A DNA stretch of 37,481 bases from Clostridia bacterium (GTDB lineage: Bacteria > Bacillota > Clostridia > HGM11514). Shown piece by piece: positions 9,589 to 19,465 of the stretch. The notes below the pieces were generated by a model. The model saw nothing but the letters and a program-made list of their open reading frames with translations, searched no databases and was not told the origin of the DNA. Position numbers and translations under genes: made by a program. The stretch covers positions 1 through 37,481 of the forward strand of contig JAZNAU010000021.1 of assembly GCA_045586685.1 (NCBI GenBank), written 5' to 3'. Position 1 is the first letter of the stretch. Every line of letters begins with the position of its first letter.

Positions 9589-9915
9589 CTATCTGCACTT
9601 AAAGGAATCGCAGCAAGTATCTGAATCACAAGAACACTTATCTCCGCTGCATCCGCAGGCATCTACCTGAATTTCGGTCAGCTTACATTTGTGGTCTGCA
9701 TGATGCACACAGTTGGTAACCTCGCATCCGATAAATGTGCCAGAAACGTTGTTTTCTGCAACACTGTTGGTCATATTACCCTTACTGAAGGTGGCACAGC
9801 AAGTGGAATCAATTTCTGTAGCATCAGAGCCGCAGATGTTGATTTCATTAGCCGCACAGACTCCTGTGGAATTGTACATGCAGTCATATACTGCACAATC
9901 TACTCTGGAATTCAT
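9589..9915 (-). CDS. Cys-rich tandem DUF1540-domain protein (108 aa)
   Basis: Two C-x-V-x-x-C-x-Y/H..C..I-x-I/V..T-C-C-x-T/S-F repeats; AAAGGAG RBS before ATG 9915. Confidence 0.8.
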   Translation of the reverse strand: MNSRVDCAVYDCMYNSTGVCAANEINICGSDATEIDSTCCATFSKGNMTNSVAENNVSGTFIGCEVTNCVHHADHKCKLTEIQVDACGCSGDKCSCDSDTCCDSFKCR

Positions 9916-10015
9916 CGTAACACTCCTTTTTTTAAAATCCTTTCGGTAAATGATTACCGAGTTCTGTATTATTATTGACAATTTAAAAAAATTTATAATT
10001 GCTTTTGAAATATTA

Positions 10016-10045
10016 TTTACAATTCATATTATTTTATGATATAAT
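10016..10045 (+). promoter_or_regulatory. Sigma-A promoter of pcrA
   Basis: TTTACA-18-TATAAT with extended -10 TG. Confidence 0.6.
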
Positions 10046-10075
10046 AGAGTATATTAAATTGTTAATGAGGTTGTT

Positions 10076-12262
10076 ATGAATTTTAGTCACTTAAATGAAA
10101 TGCAGCGGCAAGCTGTGGAGCAAACGGAAGGACCTTTATTGATTTTAGCAGGGGCGGGAAGCGGAAAAACCACCGTGCTTGTGAATCGAATTGCTCATAT
10201 TATTGAAGATTTGGGGACGGCACCTTGGTCGGTGCTTGCCATTACATTTACCAATAAAGCGGCAGGAGAATTAAAAGAAAGACTTTCCAAAATGCTGGGG
10301 AATTGTGCCGATGACATCTGGGCGGGCACCTTTCACTCTTGCTGTATGCGGATTTTACGCCGTGATATTGAAAAATTGGGGTATGACCGTACCTTTAACG
10401 TGTACGATTCTGCCGACCAGCAGACCTTGATGAAGGAGTGCCTTTCACAACTGAATCTGGACGATAAAACCTTTCCGCCCAAAACCGTGCTGTCTTATAT
10501 CAGCTCGGCAAAGGATTCTTTGATTGATTGTGATACCTTTTCCAAAAAATACGAAACGGATTACAGAATGAGCAGAGTGGCGGCACTTTATAGCCTGTAT
10601 CAACAGAAACTACGTGCTTATAACGCAGTGGATTTTGATGATATTATTTTGCTGACGGTAAAGTTATTCAAAGAGCATCCGGAGGTGCTGGAGTTTTATG
10701 CCAACAAGTTCCGTTATATCTTGGTAGATGAGTATCAGGATACCAACCATTGCCAGTTTGAACTGGTTCGTCTGTTGTCCTCAAAGCATCATAATCTGTG
10801 TGTAGTGGGGGATGACGACCAGAGTATTTATAAATTTCGAGGAGCCAACATTCAGAATATTCTGGATTTTGAGCGTTGTTTTGACAATGCGGTAGTGATT
10901 AAATTAGAGCAGAATTATCGCTGTCCCGCAAAAGTATTAGAGGCGGCAAACTGCGTCATTGCTAATAATACCCAAAGAAAAGAAAAACGGCTTTGGACAA
11001 AAAATGAGGACGGAGAACTGCCCTTCTTGTTTGATGCACAAAACGAGCATGATGAAGCCTATTTTATTTCGGATAAAATTTCTGCATTGGTTCGAAAAGA
11101 AGGGGCATCTTATTCCGATTTTGCCGTTCTTTATCGTATGAATGCCCAGTCCCGTGTATTGGAAAATGCTTTGAATCAAAACGGAATTCCCCATAGAGTG
11201 TTGGGCGGGATGCGTTTTTATGACCGAAAGGAAGTAAAGGATATCATTGCCTATCTTCGTTTGGTTCAAAATCCGGGGGATAACATCAGCTTAAAACGGA
11301 TTATCAATCAGCCAAAACGGGGAATTGGACAAAAAAGCATTGATACCTTGGAGGAAGTTGCGTTAAGTCGTGGAATCAGTATGTTTGAGGCGGCAGGCTG
11401 TGCCAATGAATTTCCCCAGTTATCCCGTGGGGCGGTAAAGCTTGTGATGTTCCATGATTTGATATATGGCTTTTTCAAATATCGGGAGGAAATTGTCAGT
11501 TTACTGGATGCTATTTTACGGGAAAGCGGTTATGTGGACGAGCTTTTGAGGGAGGATACTCCGGAAGCACGGTCGAGGATTGAAAATATTAAGGAATTGA
11601 TCGGTGCCATTAACGAATATATGGAGCAGGCGGAGGAGCCTACATTGGCAGGATATTTAGAGCAGGTGTCTTTAGTCAGCGATATTGATAATTATGACCA
11701 GTCCGAGGATGCGGTGGTGTTGATGACATTGCACAGTGTTAAGGGGCTGGAGTTTCCCAACGTCTTTTTATGCGGAATGGAAGAAGGGGTGTTCCCCAGT
11801 TACCGTTCCATTACCGAGGAGGACGAGCTGGAGGAGGAACGACGGCTTTGTTATGTGGGAATTACCCGTGCTAAGAAACGTTTATTTATGACCCGCGCTT
11901 TTTCCAGAACCTTGTTCGGGAGTACCTCTTATAACAAAATTTCACGGTTCTTAAATGAAATTCCCCAGGATTTATTAAATCATCCTCAACAAGAGCCTGT
12001 GGTGCATAACAATCAGGAAAAACCGAAGATTAGTCAGGAAATGCTGTTCCACAGCGGACATTTTGGCGGATTTGGAAAACCTAATAATCAGATAAAGCAG
12101 AATTACAAAAAAGGGGATAGGGTACAACACAAAAAGTTCGGGACGGGAATGATTTTAGATGTCACGCCAAAAGGGGATGATTTGCAATTAGAAATTGCAT
12201 TTGAATCCTGTGGGACAAAGACGCTGATGTCCTCTTTTGCCCCATTGACCATTTTATCATAA
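10076..12262 (+). CDS. pcrA: ATP-dependent DNA helicase PcrA
   Basis: AGAGSGKT, TFTNKAA, VDEYQDTN, VGDDDQSIY, EERRLCYVGITRA, C-terminal Tudor-like H.KFG.G. Confidence 0.96.
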   Translation: MNFSHLNEMQRQAVEQTEGPLLILAGAGSGKTTVLVNRIAHIIEDLGTAPWSVLAITFTNKAAGELKERLSKMLGNCADDIWAGTFHSCCMRILRRDIEKLGYDRTFNVYDSADQQTLMKECLSQLNLDDKTFPPKTVLSYISSAKDSLIDCDTFSKKYETDYRMSRVAALYSLYQQKLRAYNAVDFDDIILLTVKLFKEHPEVLEFYANKFRYILVDEYQDTNHCQFELVRLLSSKHHNLCVVGDDDQSIYKFRGANIQNILDFERCFDNAVVIKLEQNYRCPAKVLEAANCVIANNTQRKEKRLWTKNEDGELPFLFDAQNEHDEAYFISDKISALVRKEGASYSDFAVLYRMNAQSRVLENALNQNGIPHRVLGGMRFYDRKEVKDIIAYLRLVQNPGDNISLKRIINQPKRGIGQKSIDTLEEVALSRGISMFEAAGCANEFPQLSRGAVKLVMFHDLIYGFFKYREEIVSLLDAILRESGYVDELLREDTPEARSRIENIKELIGAINEYMEQAEEPTLAGYLEQVSLVSDIDNYDQSEDAVVLMTLHSVKGLEFPNVFLCGMEEGVFPSYRSITEEDELEEERRLCYVGITRAKKRLFMTRAFSRTLFGSTSYNKISRFLNEIPQDLLNHPQQEPVVHNNQEKPKISQEMLFHSGHFGGFGKPNNQIKQNYKKGDRVQHKKFGTGMILDVTPKGDDLQLEIAFESCGTKTLMSSFAPLTILS

Positions 12263-12277
12263 TGGAGAGTGAGAAGT

Positions 12278-12577
12278 ATGAGTAAAAAATTGAACGATGA
12301 ACAGATAGACCGCTTGTTTGAAGGAATGCTTACATTACAGTCTGTGGAAGAATGTTACCGTTTTTTCGAGGACCTTTGCACCATATCTGAAATTAAGGCA
12401 ATGGCGCAGCGGTTTCAAGTGGCGGTCATGCTGGATGAGCAACGGGTATATACAGATATTGAACAAGAAACCGGGGCAAGCTCTGCTACCATCAGCCGTG
12501 TCAATAAGTCTCTTTTGTACGGAGAGGACGGATATCGTCTGGTATTAGAGCGATTAAAGGAAGAAAACAATGAGTAG
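12278..12577 (+). CDS. YerC/YecD family TrpR-like protein
   Basis: EECYRFFEDLCT..E...AQR and TGASSATISRV HTH; adjacent to pcrA. Confidence 0.88.
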   Translation: MSKKLNDEQIDRLFEGMLTLQSVEECYRFFEDLCTISEIKAMAQRFQVAVMLDEQRVYTDIEQETGASSATISRVNKSLLYGEDGYRLVLERLKEENNE

Positions 12578-13313
12578 TTACGAAAATTTTGCGGCTCTTT
12601 ACGACCGCCTGATGACGGATGTGGACTATGATAGCTGGTGCGATTATCTGGAAGATTCCTTTGTACGGATGAAAGTTCAGCCTAAGCTTGTGCTGGAGTT
12701 GGGATGCGGAACCGGAAATCTGACGGTTCGTCTGGCAAAAAGAGGGTACTCCATGATAGGTTTGGATAATTCCTCTGATATGCTTTCTGTTGCAACGGAA
12801 AAATCTCAGGGTTTTGATATTTTGTATTTATTACAGGATATGACAGAATTTGAACTGTACGGTACAGTGGATGCCGTGGTTTGCTCTTTGGATTGTCTGA
12901 ATTATCTGACAGAGGAAGGAATGCTGGAAAAGTGCTTTTCTTTGGTTTCCTTATATTTAAATCCGAAGGGTGTATTTTTATTTGATTTAAACACACAATA
13001 TAAAATGGAACACGTGTTAGCGCCCGAAACCTTTTTGTATGACGATGGAGAGGTATTTTATACCTGGCAAAGCATCTGGGATGAAGAATATGGAGAATGC
13101 GAATACGATTTGACCTTTTTTGTGAAAGAGGGGGAGACCTATCGTAGATTTGAAGAAACTCATTTGCAAAAAGCCTATTCCGTTTCTAAAGTGGAGGAGG
13201 CATTGAAACAAGCAGGTTTGATGATTGAGGGAATGTATGACGGTTTTGACTTGAAACCCATCCATGAAAAAACAGAGCGGATTTTTTTTGCTACTAAAAA
13301 ATCTGTATTATAA
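12570..13313 (+). CDS. Class I SAM-dependent methyltransferase
   Basis: FAALYDRLM, VLELGCGTG, QDMTEFELYGTVD motifs. Confidence 0.88.
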   Translation: MSSYENFAALYDRLMTDVDYDSWCDYLEDSFVRMKVQPKLVLELGCGTGNLTVRLAKRGYSMIGLDNSSDMLSVATEKSQGFDILYLLQDMTEFELYGTVDAVVCSLDCLNYLTEEGMLEKCFSLVSLYLNPKGVFLFDLNTQYKMEHVLAPETFLYDDGEVFYTWQSIWDEEYGECEYDLTFFVKEGETYRRFEETHLQKAYSVSKVEEALKQAGLMIEGMYDGFDLKPIHEKTERIFFATKKSVL

Positions 13314-13370
13314 TTTTGCAGAAAAAAGAAGGTTTTGTCGAACGATTTTGGGAATTTTTAATAAAAAAGA

Positions 13371-13399
13371 TTGACAAGTCTTTCTTTTTATGATACAAT
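13371..13399 (+). promoter_or_regulatory. Sigma-A promoter of the cold-shock gene
   Basis: TTGACA-17-TACAAT with extended -10 TG. Confidence 0.8.
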
Positions 13400-13455
13400 A
13401 TAATATGTAGCATGTGCATTTGTGCTACGATAAAAGCTTTAGGAGGAATTTTTAA

Positions 13456-13656
13456 ATGCAAACTGGTAAAGTAAAATGGTTTAATGCGGAGAAGGGTTAT
13501 GGCTTCATTGAAAGTGAAGATGGTACTGATGTATTTGTTCATTTTTCCGCAATCAACGCCGAAGGTTACAAAACCTTAGACGAAGGCATGACTGTTGAGT
13601 TTGAAGTTGTTGAAGGAGCAAAAGGTCCTCAGGCTGCTAACGTTACAAAAGCGTAA
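13456..13656 (+). CDS. Cold-shock protein (CspA family)
   Basis: GKVKWFN.EKGYGFI and DVFVHFSAI (RNP1/RNP2); AGGAGG RBS. Confidence 0.97.
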   Translation: MQTGKVKWFNAEKGYGFIESEDGTDVFVHFSAINAEGYKTLDEGMTVEFEVVEGAKGPQAANVTKA

Positions 13657-13710
13657 GTTTAGCCTCTACTTATAAATAGTTGAAACATCTGAATTTAACA
13701 AGTGCAGTAG

Positions 13711-13740
13711 AAAGCCTCATATCTGATATGAGGCTTTTTT
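13711..13740 (+). terminator. Intrinsic terminator after csp
   Basis: AAAGCCTCATATC-T-GATATGAGGCTTTTTT. Confidence 0.85.
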
Positions 13741-13758
13741 ACAGCCGGAGGAAAGAGT

Positions 13759-14640
13759 ATGGATACAGTATTAAAAACAATAGCCAATAAACAAATCCGT
13801 GCTTATGCTGCCGTTACAACGGATTTGATAAATGAGGCGGTCAAGTTGCATCAGACTATGCCTGTTGGAACAGCAGCTTTGGGTCGGGCACTGACAGCAG
13901 TTTCCATGATGGGAGCGATGCTCAAGGAGAACGGAGAATCCGTTTCTGTTCAATTTAAGGGAGGCGGTCCTTTGGGAACGGTATTTGCCATGAGTGAGTT
14001 TGGCTCCAAGGTAAGAGGGTATGTGGACAATCCTTATGTTGACCTTCCCTTGAATCACAGAGGAAAGCTGGACGTTCGGAATGCAGTAGGGGTTGAGGGA
14101 ACCTTAAGCGTTGTCCGTCAAATTGTGGGAGGTGACCCTTATGTGGGTCAGGTGCCTCTTGTGAGTGGTGAGATTGCGGATGATTTAACCGTATACTATG
14201 CCAAAAGTGAACAGATTCCCACAGCGGTAGGCTTGGGAGTTTTGGTGGATGTAGATTATACCGTAAAAGCCGCAGGCGGATTTATTATCTCCCTTCTTCC
14301 CGGTGCGGAGGAGGAAACCATTCAGTTAGTGGAAAAAGGCTTGTTAAGAGTGAAGTCCGTGACCGATTTGATTGTAAACGGAGCAGATGCCAAAGGAATC
14401 CTGACCGCAGTGTTGGGAGAAGATGCACAACTGGATGAAATGGAGACAGTGGTTCCGTCCTATTGCTGTCACTGTTCTATGGGGAAAATGGAACGGGGAT
14501 TGTTAAGTCTGGGACGAGAGGAACTGGAAAAGTTAGCTGAAAAGGAAGAGGATGCAGAGTTGGTTTGTCATTTCTGCAATCATAAATATTATGTTTCTCA
14601 AAAACGGCTACTTGAATTGTCTAAGAAAGCCAAAGCATAA
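13759..14640 (+). CDS. hslO: Hsp33 redox-regulated chaperone
   Basis: AALGRALT, SEQIPT, AGGF, C-terminal CxC..CxxC zinc motif (CHCS..CHFC). Confidence 0.95.
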   Translation: MDTVLKTIANKQIRAYAAVTTDLINEAVKLHQTMPVGTAALGRALTAVSMMGAMLKENGESVSVQFKGGGPLGTVFAMSEFGSKVRGYVDNPYVDLPLNHRGKLDVRNAVGVEGTLSVVRQIVGGDPYVGQVPLVSGEIADDLTVYYAKSEQIPTAVGLGVLVDVDYTVKAAGGFIISLLPGAEEETIQLVEKGLLRVKSVTDLIVNGADAKGILTAVLGEDAQLDEMETVVPSYCCHCSMGKMERGLLSLGREELEKLAEKEEDAELVCHFCNHKYYVSQKRLLELSKKAKA

Positions 14641-14646
14641 AAATGG

Positions 14647-14680
14647 GGGGCGGTAGCAAAATGTGCTACTGCCCCTTTTT
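14647..14680. terminator. Terminator between convergent hslO and the PPIase gene
   Basis: GGGGCGGTAGCA-AAATG-TGCTACTGCCCC + TTTTT. Confidence 0.8.
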
Positions 14681-14690
14681 GGTTTTAATT

Positions 14691-15923
14691 TTACTGTTGT
14701 GAGGACATAATGGCTTCAAAAATAGAATACCGTAATTCAACATTCATGCTGTCAATAAGTTCCTGATTTTTGATTACTTCCGCTTGGGCCATGATGGATT
14801 GCATCGTTGCAAAAGTATATGTTTCTATAAATTCGTTTATGTCATTCAATGGCTCCAAGGGCATTCTTTTAATAATATGGTAACCATAGGAGGTTTCTAT
14901 CAATTCGCTGACCTGACCTACCTTTAGGGCATATGCTGCATTCTCAAATTCTTCTACCATTTCCCCTTGGGAGAAGGTGTACCCGTCGGGATAATCGGCA
15001 AGACCGGGGTCTTCGGAATATTCATTCATCAGCTTGTCAAAATCCTCTCCTCTTTTAATACGGGCAAGAAGTTCCTCTGCTTGTTTTTTCACTGTTTCCT
15101 TGTCCTTCTGTTCTGTAGTCAGCAAAATGTGCTTTGCAGTAACAAATTCAGATTCGTAAAAAGCTTTCATTTCATCTTCTGTTGCATTTTCTGACACATG
15201 GTCAAATACCAGATTTCCGCAAGCAACGGAACGGGCAAGTAAATCAAATTCCCCTTCTGTAATTCCCATCAGCAAAAAGGTTTGCTTTAATGTGTTATAT
15301 TCTTCTTCGTTTTCAACGTTAACAGCATGCCATATATCTTCTTGGGTAACGGTAATTTCCTTCTCTTCTGCTAATTTGTTAAAGCAAAAGTTGGATATTG
15401 CTTGTTCTTCTGGATGCTCATTGGTTAGCAGAAAGAAATTATAAATTCCCTCTGTGATTTCCACGCCGTTAATGGTCATGACAACGGGATTGTGGCTGGT
15501 GATAATCACGGTATTGGTATCATTCTCCCAGTCAACTTCCGCATGAAAGCCTTCTGCTATGTAGCGAACAGGAACCAAAGTACGGTCGTTGATGGTAAAG
15601 GGTGCAACATCTAAAGTCACTTCTTTTTTTTCAAAATCGTTTATAACAGAGGATGTTTTTTCGTTCAAAGTGAGATACTGAAGAGTCCCTCCTTTGCCGA
15701 TTGCAACACTCTGGGCTTCTTCATCCCATTCAACATAAGCGCCTAATGCTTCTCCTACTGCACGGAGAGGGATGAACACACGGTCCTCCTTCATGATGGG
15801 ATCAACATCAAACACAACGGGTTTTCCGTCTACCAAAACAGTAATATCCTCTTGTGCTCCTACAGGAAATACAAGCAGAGAACAAACGAGGGTCATAATC
15901 AGTAATAAAGATATCTTTTTCAT
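14691..15923 (-). CDS. Secreted copper-amine-oxidase-N (stalk) domain + parvulin PPIase (PrsA-like) fusion
   Basis: Signal peptide; RVFIPLRAVGEALG / RTLVPVRYIAE stalk repeats; AKHIL, FDKLMNEYSEDPG, MVEEFENAAY, ETSYGYHIIK parvulin motifs. Confidence 0.85.
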   Translation of the reverse strand: MKKISLLLIMTLVCSLLVFPVGAQEDITVLVDGKPVVFDVDPIMKEDRVFIPLRAVGEALGAYVEWDEEAQSVAIGKGGTLQYLTLNEKTSSVINDFEKKEVTLDVAPFTINDRTLVPVRYIAEGFHAEVDWENDTNTVIITSHNPVVMTINGVEITEGIYNFFLLTNEHPEEQAISNFCFNKLAEEKEITVTQEDIWHAVNVENEEEYNTLKQTFLLMGITEGEFDLLARSVACGNLVFDHVSENATEDEMKAFYESEFVTAKHILLTTEQKDKETVKKQAEELLARIKRGEDFDKLMNEYSEDPGLADYPDGYTFSQGEMVEEFENAAYALKVGQVSELIETSYGYHIIKRMPLEPLNDINEFIETYTFATMQSIMAQAEVIKNQELIDSMNVELRYSIFEAIMSSQQ

Positions 15924-15954
15924 TGGAATCGCATCCTTTCTTTTTGTTACTTCT

Positions 15955-15983
15955 ATCATACCTTATTTTTTGAAAAAAGTCAA
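15955..15983 (-). promoter_or_regulatory. Sigma-A promoter of the PPIase gene
   Basis: Minus strand TTGACT-17-TATGAT. Confidence 0.7.
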
Positions 15984-16036
15984 TGATATTGCACAATTTA
16001 GAAACAGAATTTTTTATGTAAAAATACAGGGAATGT

Positions 16037-16065
16037 TTGACAAGTGGAATGATTTTTGGTATAAT
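16037..16065 (+). promoter_or_regulatory. Sigma-A promoter of metG
   Basis: Perfect TTGACA-17-TATAAT with extended -10 TG. Confidence 0.85.
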
Positions 16066-16067
16066 AA

Positions 16068-18029
<1,962 letters not shown>

Positions 18030-18039
18030 GGAGTGTATC

Positions 18040-18798
18040 ATGTTTTTTGATTCTCATGCCCATTACGATGACCAGCGGTTTGATGCTGACCGTGATGAAG
18101 TGATAAAGGGACTGTTACAACAAAATGTATTTGCAGTAATAAATGTGGGGGCTGACATGGTCAGCTCCCATAACAGTATCAGGCTGGCAGAACAATATTC
18201 CCATATTTTTGCAACGGTGGGAGTGCATCCCCATGAGGCAGAGCATATGAAGGAAGAAGATCTGGAACAACTAAAAAAATGGTTGTCCCATGAAAAGGTG
18301 GTTGCTCTGGGAGAAATCGGATTGGATTATTATTATGATAATTCTCCAAGAGAGGTTCAGCGGTACTGGTTTGACCGTCAGATGAAGCTGGCGGTGGAAT
18401 GTGAGATGCCGGTTGTTATTCATGACCGTGACGCTCATGGAGATACTTTGGAGATTTTAAAACGGTATTCCAAAGCTTTCGGGGTGTTTCATTGCTATTC
18501 GGGAAGCGTCGAAATGGCACGGGAGCTGGTTAAAATGGGTTGGTATCTGGCCTTTGGAGGTTCCTGTACCTTTAAAAATGCAAAGGCACTGCCTATGGTA
18601 ATTTCCGAGGTTCCGGAAGACCGATTTTTAATTGAAACAGATTGTCCCTATCTTGCCCCTGTGCCTCATCGAGGAGAGCGGAACCATTCCGGTTTTTTGG
18701 TTCATGTTGCGGAAAAAATCGGTGCCATTCGCGGATGGACGGTGGAAGAAGTGGCAAGGAAAAGCCGTGAAAACGCGGAAAAACTGTTTCGGATCTGA
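18040..18798 (+). CDS. tatD: TatD family hydrolase
   Basis: DSHAH, GVHPH, GEIGLDY, IHDRDA, HCYSG, ETDCPYL; follows metG. Confidence 0.93.
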   Translation: MFFDSHAHYDDQRFDADRDEVIKGLLQQNVFAVINVGADMVSSHNSIRLAEQYSHIFATVGVHPHEAEHMKEEDLEQLKKWLSHEKVVALGEIGLDYYYDNSPREVQRYWFDRQMKLAVECEMPVVIHDRDAHGDTLEILKRYSKAFGVFHCYSGSVEMARELVKMGWYLAFGGSCTFKNAKALPMVISEVPEDRFLIETDCPYLAPVPHRGERNHSGFLVHVAEKIGAIRGWTVEEVARKSRENAEKLFRI

Positions 18799-18801
18799 TG
18801 T

Positions 18802-18829
18802 GCACCTTTTTTCTCCTTCTTCATACAAT
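18802..18829 (+). promoter_or_regulatory. Putative sigma-K-type promoter
   Basis: GCAC-16-CATACAAT matches AC-N16/17-CATAnnnT. Confidence 0.55.
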
Positions 18830-18869
18830 GATAGTGAACCGCTACATTATGAAGGAGGAAACGAGAAAA

Positions 18870-19127
18870 ATGTCAGAACTTGAACATTGCAAAAAAGAAC
18901 ATCAACCCTGTCAAATGCCTGAAGGGATGATGCCCTTTGTGGTCTATGGATACCCCATGATGGGACAGATGCCCATGCCTTATCAAAGAGGAATGATGGA
19001 GGAACGGTGCGGAATGTACGGCACAATGCCTCAGTACTTTCCGCAGATGAACGTGATGAATCCAGTGTTTTTTAAACCTTATCAGAGACCCGGCTGTGGT
19101 TGCGGTGTGTCTGATTTAGAAGACTAA
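18870..19127 (+). CDS. Small Met/Pro/Gln/Tyr/Cys-rich protein (85 aa), putative spore coat/exosporium component
   Basis: Strong AAGGAGG RBS, low-complexity composition, GCGCG near the C-terminus, SigK-like promoter. Confidence 0.6.
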   Translation: MSELEHCKKEHQPCQMPEGMMPFVVYGYPMMGQMPMPYQRGMMEERCGMYGTMPQYFPQMNVMNPVFFKPYQRPGCGCGVSDLED

Positions 19128-19135
19128 AACAAATG

Positions 19136-19176
19136 GGGTGCCGACATGCTTGTTTATTGTTGGCACCCATTTTTTT
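19136..19176 (+). terminator. Terminator-like hairpin directly before the gatC RBS
   Basis: GGGTGCCGACA..TGTTGGCACCC followed by ATTTTTTT. Confidence 0.65.
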
Positions 19177-19189
19177 GGAGGTTTGGTGA

Positions 19190-19465
19190 ATGATGAAACA
19201 AACAGAACTGAAAACTCTAGAAAAACTATCAAAACTAAGCTTTACAGAGAAGGAAAAGAAACAATTACAAAAGGAACTGGATGCCGTCCTTCTGTTTGTT
19301 GACCAAATCAAAGATGCGGACGAAAAAACAGAGACGGGCTTCGAAAACAGTTGTGACTTACGGGAGGATAACATAGTTTATTCTTTTTCCCGAGAAGATT
19401 TACTACATAATGCCCCCACAAAAGAACAGGGGTTTTTTAAACTGCCAAGGAGGGGAGAGTATTGA
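19190..19465 (+). CDS. gatC: Asp/Glu-tRNA amidotransferase subunit C
   Basis: L.KLSKL.F, LRED, LL.NAP...GFFKLPR; precedes gatA. Confidence 0.88.
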   Translation: MMKQTELKTLEKLSKLSFTEKEKKQLQKELDAVLLFVDQIKDADEKTETGFENSCDLREDNIVYSFSREDLLHNAPTKEQGFFKLPRRGEY

